The notes below the pieces were generated by a model. It was not told the origin of the DNA. It ran no database searches and saw only the letters and a program-made list of their open reading frames with translations. From Escherichia coli (GTDB lineage Bacteria; Pseudomonadota; Gammaproteobacteria; Enterobacterales; Enterobacteriaceae), in assembly GCF_009931435.1 (NCBI RefSeq), contig NZ_CP043414.1: DNA of 64,000 nucleotides; one strand, 5' to 3'. Position numbers and translations under genes: made by a program. Positions 1 to 11,593 of the stretch are shown here, piece by piece; position 1 is the stretch's first letter, and each line of letters begins with the position of its first letter.

Positions 1-2166
1 CTTTAACAAGCACCACCGTATCGTTTAACGGCTGCCCCAGCGTTACGCCATTGGCATGAGCCAATACCCCACCGCTGATTCCGTAATAGAGCTGCTTAAT
101 ATCATCGCTATGGCTGTAACCAATGTTGGCATTGCCGTAGCCACCGCGATAATTCAGCGCGGCGTAGCCTGTACTTCCGCTATTACCATCGCCTCCCCCG
201 GCATAGCCGGTTTGCACGCTATAGCTGAGGTTATTGTCTTCCAGCAACGTACCGTATACGCCCGCAAGGTTGGTCATCCGACCGTTGAGATCGTGTGACA
301 TGCTGTAGCTGGCACTGGCATGTCGCCACTGAGATTTACTGTCAGAACGCAGCCAGTGGCTGAAAGGAATATTGACGTTAAGAGCCAACATCTGATCCCG
401 TCCTTTTTGCCACGCGTTTTTCGTCAGGCTATAGCTGAGCGTCCAGTTGATATCTTCGAAAGCAGTATTTAATCCAGCCTGGAATTGCTCATCGACATTA
501 CTCGTTCCCCAATAAGTTTGATGGCTACCACTCAAATACAGTGTTGATGTGCGTCCGAGTTGCTGAGTAACAGTGAGCTGTAATTTCCCGCGTTTGTTAT
601 AAGCGAGATTGTAATAGTCGGTAAATTTCGGCTTAACCTGAATAACACCATCCTGTGTTTCGATGTTGTAGCCACTCATTCGGCTGTATGTTGTATCAGC
701 AAAATTAAAATACCCGCTGGTCGAGTAACGGTAACCCACTAACTGAAAATTCGTACCTGACTCATTGAGCGATTTGTTATAGAGAAAACGCACCGATTGC
801 CCGTCATGCTGACTGTCATCAGGAAGTGTGGAATTAGCCTGCGTCATATCCACAGACAGAGCGCCCAGTGCCCCCATGTTTTTCCCGATACCGAAATTAA
901 AAGCGCGATAACGATCCGCCAGTTGCGTTCCACCATATATTGTCCAGCCAGCCGGAAGGCCGTGGAGTAATGTACTCTGGAAAAAACGGGGTTTATCCTG
1001 TTGCGCATTTCCACTACGGTATTCTCCTGCCGTAATGGAATAACGTGTATGCCCTTCACGTTGCAAAAGCGGGACTGACGAATAGGGTACGGTAAAAATC
1101 TGCGTGCTGCCGTCAGCCTCTTTAATCGTTACCTGCAAGTCACCACTATTACCTGCGGCATAGATATCGTTGATGGTAAAAGGCCCCGGTGGCACCGTAC
1201 TATTATAAATGTCATACCCATTTTGTTTAATAGTGACCTGTGCAGTACCACGAGCAATACCGTGGATCACCGGGGCAAATCCTCTTTGGCTATCGGGTAA
1301 CATATTGTCATCTGAGGCCAATTGTGCGCCGCGGAAGTTAATACCATCAAAAATATCGCCCTGAGTATAACTATCACCCAGCGTCAGCCGGGAACGCAAC
1401 GGTATTATGTCTCGCTCAAGCCAGGTATTGATATGTTGCCATTTATTTTTGCTACCTGATGAACTGTCGCTACTGTTATAACTCCAGGTGGTATTGTCGC
1501 GTAAACGCCATGCACCAATATTTAACCCACTCTGTAGGTTTAAATATGCATAATGGCTGTTACCACCAATCCGATTCTGTACACTATTTCCGCTGAAATT
1601 ATAATTGAGCAATCCGGCATTAATACCGGGGTCCCATAACTCTGGAGGAATATAACCACGCGCGCGATTACTCATAAATGCCTGAGGGATCGTCAGGTTG
1701 AGTCGCTGCTGACCAACATCTAAATGCGCAGTAGCGTCATGGATCATTGTAGTTAATGGCACGCAGGCATCATCCGCCAGCAAATTCATACCGGAGACAG
1801 AAGCCGTATTCAGCCCCATACTGGCAAGTTGAGCGCGCGTCAGGCAGGGAACAATCCCTTGTTCACTGTCGCCCGTATTAAAGGTGACATCACGCGTTGC
1901 CATATAACCATTATTCAAATAGATATCGACGCGATACGTCCCAGGTGGTAATTCTTGACCATTCTCAAAACGCGATAAATCAGCCACAGCCTGGGGATCA
2001 TCCGCTAAAAAACGCGGGTTAAAATAGAGTTCGGCAGATGACAAAGGTGCCTGTGTGGCAAAAACACAGGCAACAGAGAGCCGAACAAAAAAACCAGCCA
2101 GACGAGGCTTACGAATATGCAAGCATTGTGTGTTTCGCTGGTAAAGTCTTAAATTCAGATATGACA
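1..2166 (-). CDS. fimD: Type 1 fimbrial outer-membrane usher FimD (3' end cut by window edge)
   Basis: Minus-strand translation from the ATG at 2166 reads MSYLNLRLYQRNTQCLHIRK..., matching the FimD N-terminus as I recall it; the reading frame runs out of the window at position 1 (last residues ...NDTVVLVK). Sits immediately downstream of fimC in the canonical fim order. Not in the ORF track because no stop lies inside the window. Confidence 0.9.
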
Positions 2167-2233
2167 TTATTCCTCCGGTTTAAAATTACCCGGCAGTCAA
2201 TTCTTTTTATTCAGGCGAAAAATTCCCCCTGCG

Positions 2234-2959
2234 TTATTCCATTACGCCCGTCATTTTTGGGGTAAGTGCGCCATAATCATTTATTGTTCGGTAAGTAATA
2301 TTGCTTCCTGCATCAGAAGGCAATTTAACCGTGCTTTCGCCCATTGGAGGCACCAAGGCATTTTCAAGAACCCGGGCTCCGGCATTCAACTCTGTTACCG
2401 TCAGGTAATAGGGTGTCGGGTTAATCAGCGTCAGAGAATTCGCGCTACGACGAAATCTTAACTTTTCTGCGGCCTGATCGGGTGGCAACGCTAATTTAGC
2501 CGGGCGATAGTACAATTTAATGCGGCTGATAATTGCGAGCTGTAGCGTATTCTCAGTCAATTTTGATTTATCCATTGACGGAATCGCTTTAACGTTCATC
2601 CAGAATAAACTTTCCCGATCCTGTGGCAATTGGTTATTTGTGGCATCAAGAATACGCAAGGTATTCTCTTTTTTTCCCTTCATCGCAAACAGAGGAGGCG
2701 TCACGATAAAACGACCATCCTTTACACCATCGGCATTTTCTACCCATGATTGAATTAAATAGGTGCTATTTTCATCATTATTTGTCACGGCAAGTTGTAC
2801 TTGTTTTTGCCCTGCCGGATAAATAACGCGAGTCGCACCTAAGGCCACTCCTGCTTCCGCGCGTCCGGCAGCCATCATTGCCATGATCATCAGGATACCT
2901 GCCAGCAAGCAGAATGTTATTTCCTGCAATTTCCTTACATTGACGTTTTTATTACTCAC
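2234..2959 (-). CDS. fimC: Periplasmic pilus chaperone FimC
   Basis: 241-aa ORF, the length expected for FimC, with a signal peptide and PapD-like chaperone sequence, located between fimI and fimD. Confidence 0.92.
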   Translation of the reverse strand: MSNKNVNVRKLQEITFCLLAGILMIMAMMAAGRAEAGVALGATRVIYPAGQKQVQLAVTNNDENSTYLIQSWVENADGVKDGRFIVTPPLFAMKGKKENTLRILDATNNQLPQDRESLFWMNVKAIPSMDKSKLTENTLQLAIISRIKLYYRPAKLALPPDQAAEKLRFRRSANSLTLINPTPYYLTVTELNAGARVLENALVPPMGESTVKLPSDAGSNITYRTINDYGALTPKMTGVME

Positions 2960-2995
2960 TGTCCTGTTCCTGTTATCACATTATCTGCTGAACAA

Positions 2996-3535
2996 TTACT
3001 GATAGGTTAAAGAGAACCAGGCCTGAGCATTGGCGATGCCGCCAGTAACCCGACGCCCGGTAGCACGATATTTGGCGATGAAATGTAACGACGTAGAGCC
3101 TGAGTAAAGTCGTTTCCAGTTTGCTGGAGGACGATTAATCGGTACAAGGTTTCCTTCATCATCAAACAACGCTACGCCAATATTGGTGGCAATCCCTGGC
3201 CCCTCTCCCACGGAAAGCACATCCGGATTTTTACCATCCGCGACACCGTGAAACGCCACACCCACACGTTCACTCACCACCGTGCTACATTCCCGTAAAT
3301 GAATAACAAAAGGCACCGGTGCGCTATCTTCCCCAACCGCATGAAACCGGTTACTGCTGATTTGCCCCATATTGACCGTCATTTGTTTATCACCAGCTTC
3401 AATCCGGCAAGCTTCTGCAATAATGACGCCCTGAAATTGCATATTTCCGCCGGGCAACGTGGTGTTCCATTTATTTCCGGCCAGAGCAAACATTGGCAGC
3501 AACGACGCTAATAGAAATAATCTCTTCCTTTTCAT
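2996..3535 (-). CDS. fimI: Fimbrin-like protein FimI
   Basis: The track ORF 2996..3667 contains an internal start [20 protein letters not shown] (ATG at 3535) that gives a 179-aa product with a signal peptide and fimbrial-subunit C-terminus; lies between fimA and fimC. Confidence 0.85.
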   Translation of the reverse strand: MKRKRLFLLASLLPMFALAGNKWNTTLPGGNMQFQGVIIAEACRIEAGDKQMTVNMGQISSNRFHAVGEDSAPVPFVIHLRECSTVVSERVGVAFHGVADGKNPDVLSVGEGPGIATNIGVALFDDEGNLVPINRPPANWKRLYSGSTSLHFIAKYRATGRRVTGGIANAQAWFSLTYQ

Positions 3536-3599
3536 CGTTATTTTTATCGCACAAGGGTGGGCATCCCTGCCCGTAATGACGTCCCTGAACCTGGGTAGG

Positions 3600-4148
3600 T
3601 TATTGATACTGAACCTTGAAGGTCGCATCCGCATTAGCAGCACCTGGGGTTGCGGCACCGGTTGCAAAGTAACGCGCCTGGAACGGAATGGTGTTAGTAC
3701 CGTTATTCAGGGTTGATTCTGCACTAAATGTCGCACCGTCCAGCGCCAGCGCAGCACCGGTTCTGTCCAGAATTTGCACACCAACGTTTGTTGCGCTACC
3801 TGCAGCAGAACTCTGCAGAGCCAGTACATCAGTATGCGTAGCATCAATTGCCGTACCTAAGAAGGCAACAGCGGCTTTTGTAGCAACAGTGGTATCGCAA
3901 TCATTCAGCTGAATGTTAAAACCAACGGCAGAGCTGGTTGCTCCAGTCTGCTTCAGGCTAGCGGTACGAACCTGTCCTAACTGAACGGTTTGATCAGCAG
4001 AGCCTGCATCAACTGCGCAAGCGGCGTTAACAACTTCCCCTTTGAAGTGAACGGTCCCACCATTTACCGTCGTAGTATCGGCCAGAGCCGCTGCGGAACT
4101 GAGGGACAGAGCCGACAGAACAACGATCGCCAAAGTTTTAATTTTCAT
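3600..4148 (-). CDS. fimA: Type 1 fimbrial major subunit FimA
   Basis: Internal start [17 protein letters not shown] (ATG at 4148) gives 182 aa ending ...[10 protein letters not shown], the typical FimA pilin signature. Several internal residues differ from the K-12 sequence as I recall it, consistent with known fimA allelic variation. Confidence 0.92.
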   Translation of the reverse strand: MKIKTLAIVVLSALSLSSAAALADTTTVNGGTVHFKGEVVNAACAVDAGSADQTVQLGQVRTASLKQTGATSSAVGFNIQLNDCDTTVATKAAVAFLGTAIDATHTDVLALQSSAAGSATNVGVQILDRTGAALALDGATFSAESTLNNGTNTIPFQARYFATGAATPGAANADATFKVQYQ

Positions 4149-4266
4149 GCTGCTTTCCTTTAAAAAAACTGTTTCTAAATCGACATGGGCAGTCGTTCTG
4201 TACACTTTGTTTTGAAACGAATTGGACTGCCAACACTGCACAGTTTTCCCCCAAAAGATGAAACAT

Positions 4267-4580
4267 TTGGGGCCATTTTGACTCATAGAGGAAAGCATTA
4301 CGCACGAACTTTCTTAGTTTATTATTTGGATTTATATTCTATTAATACATTATTTTATAGATTTTTATATTGAACACGGTGGTTTTTGGAGAGATGAATG
4401 AGGAAGTTGCTTCGAGACACAGAAACGTTAGCTTTACCTATAGCGGAGGTGATGTGAAATTAATTTATAAGAGAAACAATTTACATATCAAACAGTTAGT
4501 TGCTTTATGTCGTTTTTTTATATTTTTATGCTTGAGAACAAATACAAAACTTTTTTATGATATGGACAGTTTGGCCCCAA
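4267..4580. promoter_or_regulatory. fimS: fimS invertible phase-variation switch (314 bp, 9-bp inverted repeats), apparently in phase-ON orientation
   Basis: TTGGGGCCA at 4267..4275 and its reverse complement TGGCCCCAA at 4572..4580 bound a 314-bp element between fimE and fimA. The promoter-like strand inside it (minus-strand reading ...TTTCACATCACCTCCGCTATAGGTAAAGCTAACG...) points toward fimA. Confidence 0.8.
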
Positions 4581-4627
4581 TTGTCTTATATTTCCTTATC
4601 TTTTCATATTATTATCAATAAGTTACA

Positions 4628-5224
4628 TCAGGCATCTTCTCTTTTTAATTTTTCGTTTATGAGATTATTTCTTTCCCATAATCCGGCAAAACGTGCAGCA
4701 TTACTGGCGGTATAACGCACAGTATGGCGAATATTTCGATGCCCGAGATAATCCTGAATTAAACGGGTATCTGCACCACGCTCCGCCAGTTCATAACCGC
4801 AAGCATGCCTTAACATATGAGGATGAGTCTGCGTCACGGTTCCAGCTTCAATACCGGCATCGCGAATAATGCGATAGGCCTGCTGGCGAGAAAGTCGACT
4901 CCCGCGGCGAGAAATAAATATGGCGTCGGTCTGGTCAGCGCCTTTCCAGTTAATACGTTCCTGGGTCCAGCGCTCCACAGCTTCACGCTCATCAAAACGT
5001 AACGGGTGAACGGTAGAAAATCCGTTCTTCAGTCGGCGAATATTTATTCGACCTTCGTTAAGGTCAAGATCCTGATAATGCAGATCAAGCAGTTCACTAA
5101 TACGCATCCCATGCCGATATGCCAACAAAATTAGGCAATAATCTCTGGCTCCCGTTGCCCCGTAACAAACCGCCTGCATCATGTCCTGAACTTCTTTACC
5201 GGTAAGATAACGACGTTTACTCAC
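4628..5224 (-). CDS. fimE: Tyrosine recombinase FimE (fim switch ON-to-OFF recombinase)
   Basis: 198-aa ORF with tyrosine-recombinase motifs (HxLRH, C-terminal RHT..Y) located immediately next to fimS. Confidence 0.92.
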   Translation of the reverse strand: MSKRRYLTGKEVQDMMQAVCYGATGARDYCLILLAYRHGMRISELLDLHYQDLDLNEGRINIRRLKNGFSTVHPLRFDEREAVERWTQERINWKGADQTDAIFISRRGSRLSRQQAYRIIRDAGIEAGTVTQTHPHMLRHACGYELAERGADTRLIQDYLGHRNIRHTVRYTASNAARFAGLWERNNLINEKLKREDA

Positions 5225-5701
5225 AATAGTAGTACTCCTGACTGAGATATATTTGAATGAATACCTATAGGAAACCTCGATCGGTTAAAATTAGCCCAAT
5301 AGATAAAAAGATAACCGCACAGGAAGTTATGTGGCTATCAGTCAATTACATTAAATATCATACAAAAATAAAATATCACTGATGTGACAACATCTATTTT
5401 CATTGATTTGATTCAATATAACAATAGATTGCAGCGGATTAACTTCCAGTTGCTTAAAAAATAAAGAAAAAAGTGCAGAAACAGGAGAGCTTGAGTGATG
5501 TGTAAATTTATGAATGATTTTGTTTATTTATTTTGAAGAACATAAACCATTGTATTTTGTATGGATATGGTTAACTTAATGTTTATTATGATAATTAAGA
5601 ATCACACTTACAATAACATCAATTAATAAATAGTTAATCATTTTTGATATATCGTAAGAATAATGTATTTTTTAACACCATCCCTGGTATCTCATCTATC
5701 T

Positions 5702-6304
5702 CTATAAAACAGCGTGATGCTGTCGTCCTCTGGCTCTATCCCAGATGCCGTAAAAACGCCCTGCATTGCTGGCGGTATACCAGACAGTATGACGAATATT
5801 GCGATGCCCAAGATAATCCTGGATAAGTCGTGTATCTATTCCCATATTCGCCAAAGCAAAACCACACGAATGGCGTAACATATGCGGATGAATCTCCAGT
5901 GATAACCCAGCATTACCACCAGAAGTCGAGATAATATGGTAAAACTGTTGCCGAGAAAGCGGGTTCCCCTTACGTGATAAAAATACCCACTCGCTCTCAG
6001 CATGCGGATAAGAAGTACGTATACTCAACCAGTTTTTTAAAGCCTGAACTTCTTTGTTCAATAGCGGGTGCGTTGTTGAAAAGCCTTTTTTTAATCGATG
6101 GATATAGATACACTTTGCCTTAAGATCAATATCCGAAATCCTCAATCGGCAAATTTCACTCGCCCGGAAACCATGAATAAAACAAAGCAAAGTCAGACAA
6201 TAATTACGTGCTGCATGAGGCCCGGTATTTGCTGCTTTAAGGAGTGACTCGATTTCACTATGGGTCAGGAAGTTCCTTTTTTTGTTATCAGCCTTATTCT
6301 TCAT
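5702..6304 (-). CDS. fimB: Tyrosine recombinase FimB (fim switch recombinase)
   Basis: 200-aa ORF paralogous to FimE (HPHMLRHSCG, RHTVWYTASN), located upstream of fimE. Confidence 0.92.
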   Translation of the reverse strand: MKNKADNKKRNFLTHSEIESLLKAANTGPHAARNYCLTLLCFIHGFRASEICRLRISDIDLKAKCIYIHRLKKGFSTTHPLLNKEVQALKNWLSIRTSYPHAESEWVFLSRKGNPLSRQQFYHIISTSGGNAGLSLEIHPHMLRHSCGFALANMGIDTRLIQDYLGHRNIRHTVWYTASNAGRFYGIWDRARGRQHHAVL

Positions 6305-7731
6305 CGTTTTCCCTTATAATTACAGACGCGCACTAGCTGTGCTGGGTTAGCAATAATCCAACATTTTAATCCTGATTATGTTTATAAAAGCGAACGTTTG
6401 CTTAATAACTAACGTAAGTGGACCAGTTCTTCTGAGTGAACTTAAATGGAGTAGCGATAGTTACTTATAATAACTTTGCCATACAAACGCCATGCTCTTG
6501 CATGCTATGTACCTTTATATATTTATCAATCTGATACGAATCTAATAATAACCCTCATCATTAATGCAACTAATCTTATCTATATATCATGTGATATGTT
6601 CTGTAACAAGTAAAATCAACATAAAAAATTCAGCAAAATTTAATATTCGTTCAACTAGCCGTCTCACATATGACATTATTAGTCAACTGCATTTGCCACA
6701 AAATGGCTATTTCATGGAACGCAGTAATTTCTTAGCGTCTATTATCATGCTAATTCTTAGGTCCCTAGCGATTATTCCTGCCTGGTTCGTCAGCTTACGC
6801 CATGAGATTGCTACATTCCTTTTTATCCTGGAGATATGGGGGAACGCAGGCGACGCTTTTTCATCTACATTCATTGGTAAATATGGCTTTGGTCACTACG
6901 TCTTAAACCTTCTTCAATCACAGCTATTCGCCGGGCGATACGGCAAACAAACTAAGTGAAGCATCATCCTGAAAACACCAATGCGTACTGAACATCAACA
7001 AGCCTCTCCTGATCGACTTCAGAAGTGACCAGTTACAAGCCACAAACCTAGAAACATATTTCATGATGAGAATTATGCTCAGCCTGATGGCGGGTAAACG
7101 CTTATTTTCACCACGCTCACTGAGTTAGCCAGCAAAGCGCCCCTTGTTTAGAGCGCAAATAAATAACATATAAAACAAATAGTTAATCAAATATCTTTGA
7201 TTTGTGAAGGCCATCATAAGTGTTCGTCTGACTTCACATGGCATCTTCTTCATAGAAAAATATAGACATATTTTGTGACACGAATTGCAAATCTGGTTTT
7301 GTTATATGGATTGTGTGATTTTTGATCTGGTATAACAGGTATAAAGGTGTACCGCAGTAGTCAATGAGACTGAGCATCTCGCAATCTATGACAAACATCA
7401 CTTCAGTCTGAAAGGAATATGAAAATGAGATCAACAGACACTCTATTTTATGACTCAGGATAAAATGGATTGAGTAAGTGATATAGCTTACGAACATTCA
7501 AATCAATTAAACATCAGAAGAGATTTTATACTCAGGTATTTAATCTGGTTCTCTGTTTATTTAAATAATGTGGAAGAGAATTTTCACAGGAGACCTTATA
7601 CAAAAAATATAAAATACAGCTACCCGTTACCAAAGACACTATAAGCCTGGCAAAAATATTACACAACATAAATGCTAATTGTTTATGCGGGCTTTGTATT
7701 GCTTTCTGTATCCTACAAATGAGTGAAATTT
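6305..7731. promoter_or_regulatory. Long AT-rich fimB-nanC divergent intergenic regulatory region
   Basis: About 1.4 kb of AT-rich non-coding sequence between divergently oriented fimB and nanC. In K-12 this region carries the NanR, NagC and IHF sites that control fimB. The two ORFs in the track here have no recognisable product. Confidence 0.6.
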
Positions 7732-8448
7732 ATGAAAAAGGCTAAAATACTTTCTGGCGTATTATTACTGTGCTTTTCGTCACCATTAATTTCTCAAGCT
7801 GCGACACTGGACATACGTGGTGGATATCGTAGTGGAAGCCACGCCTATGAGACTCGACTCAAAGTCAGTGAGGGATGGCAAAATGGATGGTGGGCAAGCA
7901 TGGAAAGTAATACCTGGAATACCATTCATGATAATAAAAAGGAAAATGCCGCACTCAATGATGTTCAGGTTGAAGTTAATTACGCGATTAAACTTGATGA
8001 TCAATGGACGGTGCGCCCGGGAATGTTAACGCATTTTAGCAGCAACGGCACACGCTACGGACCCTACGTAAAACTGTCCTGGGACGCGACAAAAGATCTT
8101 AATTTTGGCATTCGCTATCGTTACGACTGGAAAGCTTACCGACAACAAGACTTATCCGGTGATATGTCTCGTGATAACGTTCATCGTTGGGATGGATATG
8201 TCACTTACCATATTAATAGTGATTTCACCTTCGCATGGCAAACGACGCTATACAGCAAACAAAACGATTATCGCTATGCAAACCATAAGAAATGGGCGAC
8301 GGAAAATGCATTTGTTCTACAATACCATATGACGCCTGATATTACGCCATACATAGAATATGACTACCTTGACCGTCAGGGTGTTTATAACGGCAGAGAT
8401 AATTTATCAGAAAACAGTTATCGCATTGGTGTGTCATTTAAACTGTAG
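7732..8448 (+). CDS. nanC: N-acetylneuraminic-acid-inducible outer-membrane channel NanC
   Basis: 238-aa product from the ATG at 7732 (MKKAKILSGVLLLCFSSPLISQA...), a KdgM-family porin ending in F-K-L. Confidence 0.9.
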   Translation: MKKAKILSGVLLLCFSSPLISQAATLDIRGGYRSGSHAYETRLKVSEGWQNGWWASMESNTWNTIHDNKKENAALNDVQVEVNYAIKLDDQWTVRPGMLTHFSSNGTRYGPYVKLSWDATKDLNFGIRYRYDWKAYRQQDLSGDMSRDNVHRWDGYVTYHINSDFTFAWQTTLYSKQNDYRYANHKKWATENAFVLQYHMTPDITPYIEYDYLDRQGVYNGRDNLSENSYRIGVSFKL

Positions 8449-8467
8449 TAGACAGGAGACAGTCACA

Positions 8468-9574
8468 ATGAATAAAACAATAACGGCGCTTGCTATCATG
8501 ATGGCTTCATTTGCCGCAAACGCGTCTGTATTACCGCAAACTCCGGTGCCTTTTAAAAGTGGTACCGGAGCAATTGATAACGACACTGTCTACATTGGTT
8601 TAGGTAGCGCAGGTACAGCATGGTACAAGCTGGATACACAGGCCAAAGATAAAAAATGGATAGCGTTAGCTGCATTCCCTGGTGGACCGAGAGATCAAGC
8701 AACCTCTGCATTTATTGATGGCAATCTGTATGTGTTTGGCGGCATTGGCAAAAACAGCGAGGGCTTGACTCAGGTATTTAATGACGTACACAAATACAAC
8801 CCCAAAACCAATAGCTGGGTTAAATTGATGTCGCACGCACCGATGGGCATGGCGGGCCATGTGACTTTTGTACACAACGGCAAGGCTTATGTTACTGGCG
8901 GTGTTAACCAGAATATCTTCAATGGCTATTTTGAAGATCTCAACGAAGCTGGAAAAGATCCAACCGCTATAGAGAAAATCAACGCCCACTATTTTGACAA
9001 ACAAGCAGAAGATTATTTCTTCAATAAGTTTCTGTTGTCTTTTGATCCCTCAACACAGCAATGGAGTTACGCTGGCGAATCTCCCTGGTACGGGACGGCT
9101 GGTGCAGCGGTTGTGAATAAAGGCGATAAAACCTGGCTTATTAATGGTGAAGCCAAACCAGGACTACGAACGGATGCCGTATTTGAACTTGATTTCACCG
9201 GTAATAATTTAAAATGGAATAAACTTGCTCCCGTCTCATCACCAGATGGCGTCGCTGGCGGTTTTGCGGGGATAAGCAATGACTCACTTATATTTGCCGG
9301 GGGGGCCGGATTCAAGGGGTCGCGGGAAAATTATCAGAACGGTAAGAACTATGCGCATGAAGGCCTGAAAAAATCATATAGCGCTGATATTCATCTTTGG
9401 CATAACGGGAAATGGGATAAATCGGGCGAATTATCGCAAGGTCGGGCCTACGGAGTATCATTGCCCTGGAATAATAGTCTATTGATTATTGGCGGTGAAA
9501 CTGCAGGCGGCAAAGCGGTGACGGATTCAGTTTTGATCTCTGTGAAGGATAATAAAGTCACAGTACAAAACTAA
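8468..9574 (+). CDS. nanM: N-acetylneuraminate mutarotase NanM (Kelch-repeat protein)
   Basis: Internal start MNKTITALAIMMASFAANA (ATG at 8468) gives a signal peptide followed by Kelch beta-propeller repeats; lies directly downstream of nanC. Confidence 0.9.
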   Translation: MNKTITALAIMMASFAANASVLPQTPVPFKSGTGAIDNDTVYIGLGSAGTAWYKLDTQAKDKKWIALAAFPGGPRDQATSAFIDGNLYVFGGIGKNSEGLTQVFNDVHKYNPKTNSWVKLMSHAPMGMAGHVTFVHNGKAYVTGGVNQNIFNGYFEDLNEAGKDPTAIEKINAHYFDKQAEDYFFNKFLLSFDPSTQQWSYAGESPWYGTAGAAVVNKGDKTWLINGEAKPGLRTDAVFELDFTGNNLKWNKLAPVSSPDGVAGGFAGISNDSLIFAGGAGFKGSRENYQNGKNYAHEGLKKSYSADIHLWHNGKWDKSGELSQGRAYGVSLPWNNSLLIIGGETAGGKAVTDSVLISVKDNKVTVQN

Positions 9575-9638
9575 TGCTTCAGGGCCCCAGTAAAGGGGCT
9601 CTGCTATCAATTTGCCATTTCAATTACGCGAAAATTAT

Positions 9639-10619
9639 ATGAACGCAATAATATCGCCCGATTATTACTATGTTCTTACCGTTGCCGGTCAGTCTAATGC
9701 CATGGCGTATGGCGAAGGACTGCCATTACCGGACAGGGAAGATGCGCCTCATCCCAGGATTAAACAATTAGCGAGATTCGCGCATACGCATCCCGGAGGC
9801 CCCTCATGTCACTTTAACGACATTATTCCACTGACTCACTGCCCACACGATGTTCAGGATATGCAGGGTTATCACCATCCTCTGGCAACGAATCATCAAA
9901 CACAGTACGGCACCGTTGGCCAGGCACTGCATATTGCACGGAAATTACTGCCCTTTATTCCTGATAATGCAGGGGTTCTCATCGTTCCGTGTTGCCGTGG
10001 CGGATCGGCTTTTACCGCGGGCAGCGAAGGGACATATTCAGAACGGCACGGAGCCAGCCATGATGCTTGTCGTTGGGGAACGGATACTCCGCTATACCAG
10101 GATTTAGTCAGCAGAACGCGAGCCGCACTGGCAAAAAATCCGCAGAACAAATTCCTCGGCGTATGCTGGATGCAAGGCGAATTTGACCTAATGACCAGTG
10201 ACTACGCGTCACACCCTCAACACTTTAATCATATGGTTAAAGCCTTTCGTAGGGATCTAAAACAATACCATTCTCAGCTTAATAAAATTACTGACGCGCC
10301 GTGGTTTTGCGGCGATACCACCTGGTACTGGAAAGAAAATTTCCCTCATGCGTATGAAGCTATTTATGGCAATTATCAAAATAATGTTTTAGCCAATATT
10401 ATTTTCGTCGACTTCCAGCAACAAGGTGCAAGAGGACTGACGAACGCGCCTGATGAAGATCCAGACGATTTAAGCACGGGATATTTCGGTTCAGCGTACC
10501 GGTCAGCGGAGAACTGGACGACGTCACTGCGAAGCAGTCATTTCAGCTCAGCAGCCCGTCGGGGGATTATTTCTGACAGATTTGTAGAAGCAATTTTGCA
10601 GTTTTGGCGCGAAAGGTGA
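9639..10619 (+). CDS. nanS: 9-O-acetyl-N-acetylneuraminate esterase NanS
   Basis: 326-aa product from the ATG at 9639 (MNAIISPDYYYVLTVAGQSNAMAYGEG...), an SGNH-type esterase; completes the nanCMS operon. Confidence 0.88.
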   Translation: MNAIISPDYYYVLTVAGQSNAMAYGEGLPLPDREDAPHPRIKQLARFAHTHPGGPSCHFNDIIPLTHCPHDVQDMQGYHHPLATNHQTQYGTVGQALHIARKLLPFIPDNAGVLIVPCCRGGSAFTAGSEGTYSERHGASHDACRWGTDTPLYQDLVSRTRAALAKNPQNKFLGVCWMQGEFDLMTSDYASHPQHFNHMVKAFRRDLKQYHSQLNKITDAPWFCGDTTWYWKENFPHAYEAIYGNYQNNVLANIIFVDFQQQGARGLTNAPDEDPDDLSTGYFGSAYRSAENWTTSLRSSHFSSAARRGIISDRFVEAILQFWRER

Positions 10620-10689
10620 GCGTTCATTAATTTGATTTATTTGCATCCATCAACGCTTTTAACTGCTCCGGCGTGCGGCACTATAATGG

Positions 10690-11440
10690 TTTTCACAACA
10701 AGGAGCCATTTTCTTATACCACTTTCAGAGACCATCCGCTTATGCCACCGCCCTCTACGCAACTGTTTGCAGAGCACCTTCCCACCGAGTGGATACAGCA
10801 CCTCCTGACGCTTTCTGCTCATGCGACTATTTGTCGTCTTAACCTGAGCGCGGATGGCGAAGCGGGGATTAGCCTGCTGGCCCGCAGCGCTGTCACCCAG
10901 GAGCGCCAGCGCGTGGGGGCCCCCTGGTGGAATGGCTCTTCCGCCAGACCGCACAGACATGGGGCGCGGAACGTTACCTGAAGGATGACTGGCACGGCCT
11001 GCAACTTTTTGCCATTGATGGCGCACAGTTCAGGACACCTATGAACCTGAGTTGCGTGAATATTATGGCTCTGCCAACACATCCACTGAGCGGCAGAGCG
11101 CCTACCCGGTCATGCGTCTGGTGGCGTTAATGAATCTGGGAATCACATTCTGCTGAATGCCATGACCGCGGCCTACCGGCGGAGCGATACAGCGTGAGGC
11201 AACTAAAGCGGCGTCAGAAATCAGCTTTAAGTTCGCATTCCAGTTTATCGTGACAGAAATGATAGTGCAGGGAAATACGGCGTCACCAGGAACCATCCCG
11301 AAACGGCTGGAGCATCTGCGGGGTGCTCTGGAAGCGGTGTTCCCACGACTATCAAGGCCGAGGGCTGTTAAGGTATCAAAAACCCGTTATCCGGTGAAAC
11401 ACAGTGCTGCCCCGCTTAAGTGACGGCATTGTGTTTCTGA
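10690..11440 (+). mobile_element. IS4-family transposase remnant (frameshifted and internally deleted pseudogene)
   Basis: Three consecutive reading frames carry pieces resembling IS4 transposase (InsG-like): ...VTQERQRVGAPW, FRQTAQTWG...LQLFAIDGAQFRTP, AYPVMRLVALMNLGITFC, and a C-terminal ...RAVKVSKTRYPVKHSAAPLK. Frames are broken and no intact transposase or clear terminal inverted repeats were seen. Boundaries approximate. Confidence 0.55.
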
Positions 11441-11593
11441 CTGGCCTTAACTTTCCCTGAATCTCTGACGATCCTCACCATTGATATTTTCTTCATTCCT
11501 CACCAGAGAAATAAAAAATCACTATACTCATCAAAATATGATGATCACCTTTATTCAGGTGATCACCTTACTATTTTATACGGAAAATAAATC

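Noticed and set aside
56-1059. Small ORFs (80 aa plus strand, 71 aa minus strand) at the window start
   Set aside because: Both lie inside the fimD coding region, which reads through on the minus strand in a different frame.
4628-6304. fimE and fimB as possible phage or island integrases
   Set aside because: They are tyrosine recombinases, but their size (about 200 aa), position next to fimS and sequence identify them as the dedicated fim switch recombinases, not mobile-element integrases.
6564-7497. ORFs of 131 aa (plus) and 87 aa (minus) in the fimB-nanC intergenic region
   Set aside because: AT-rich regulatory DNA; the translations are low-complexity with no homology I recognise, and this interval is non-coding in K-12.
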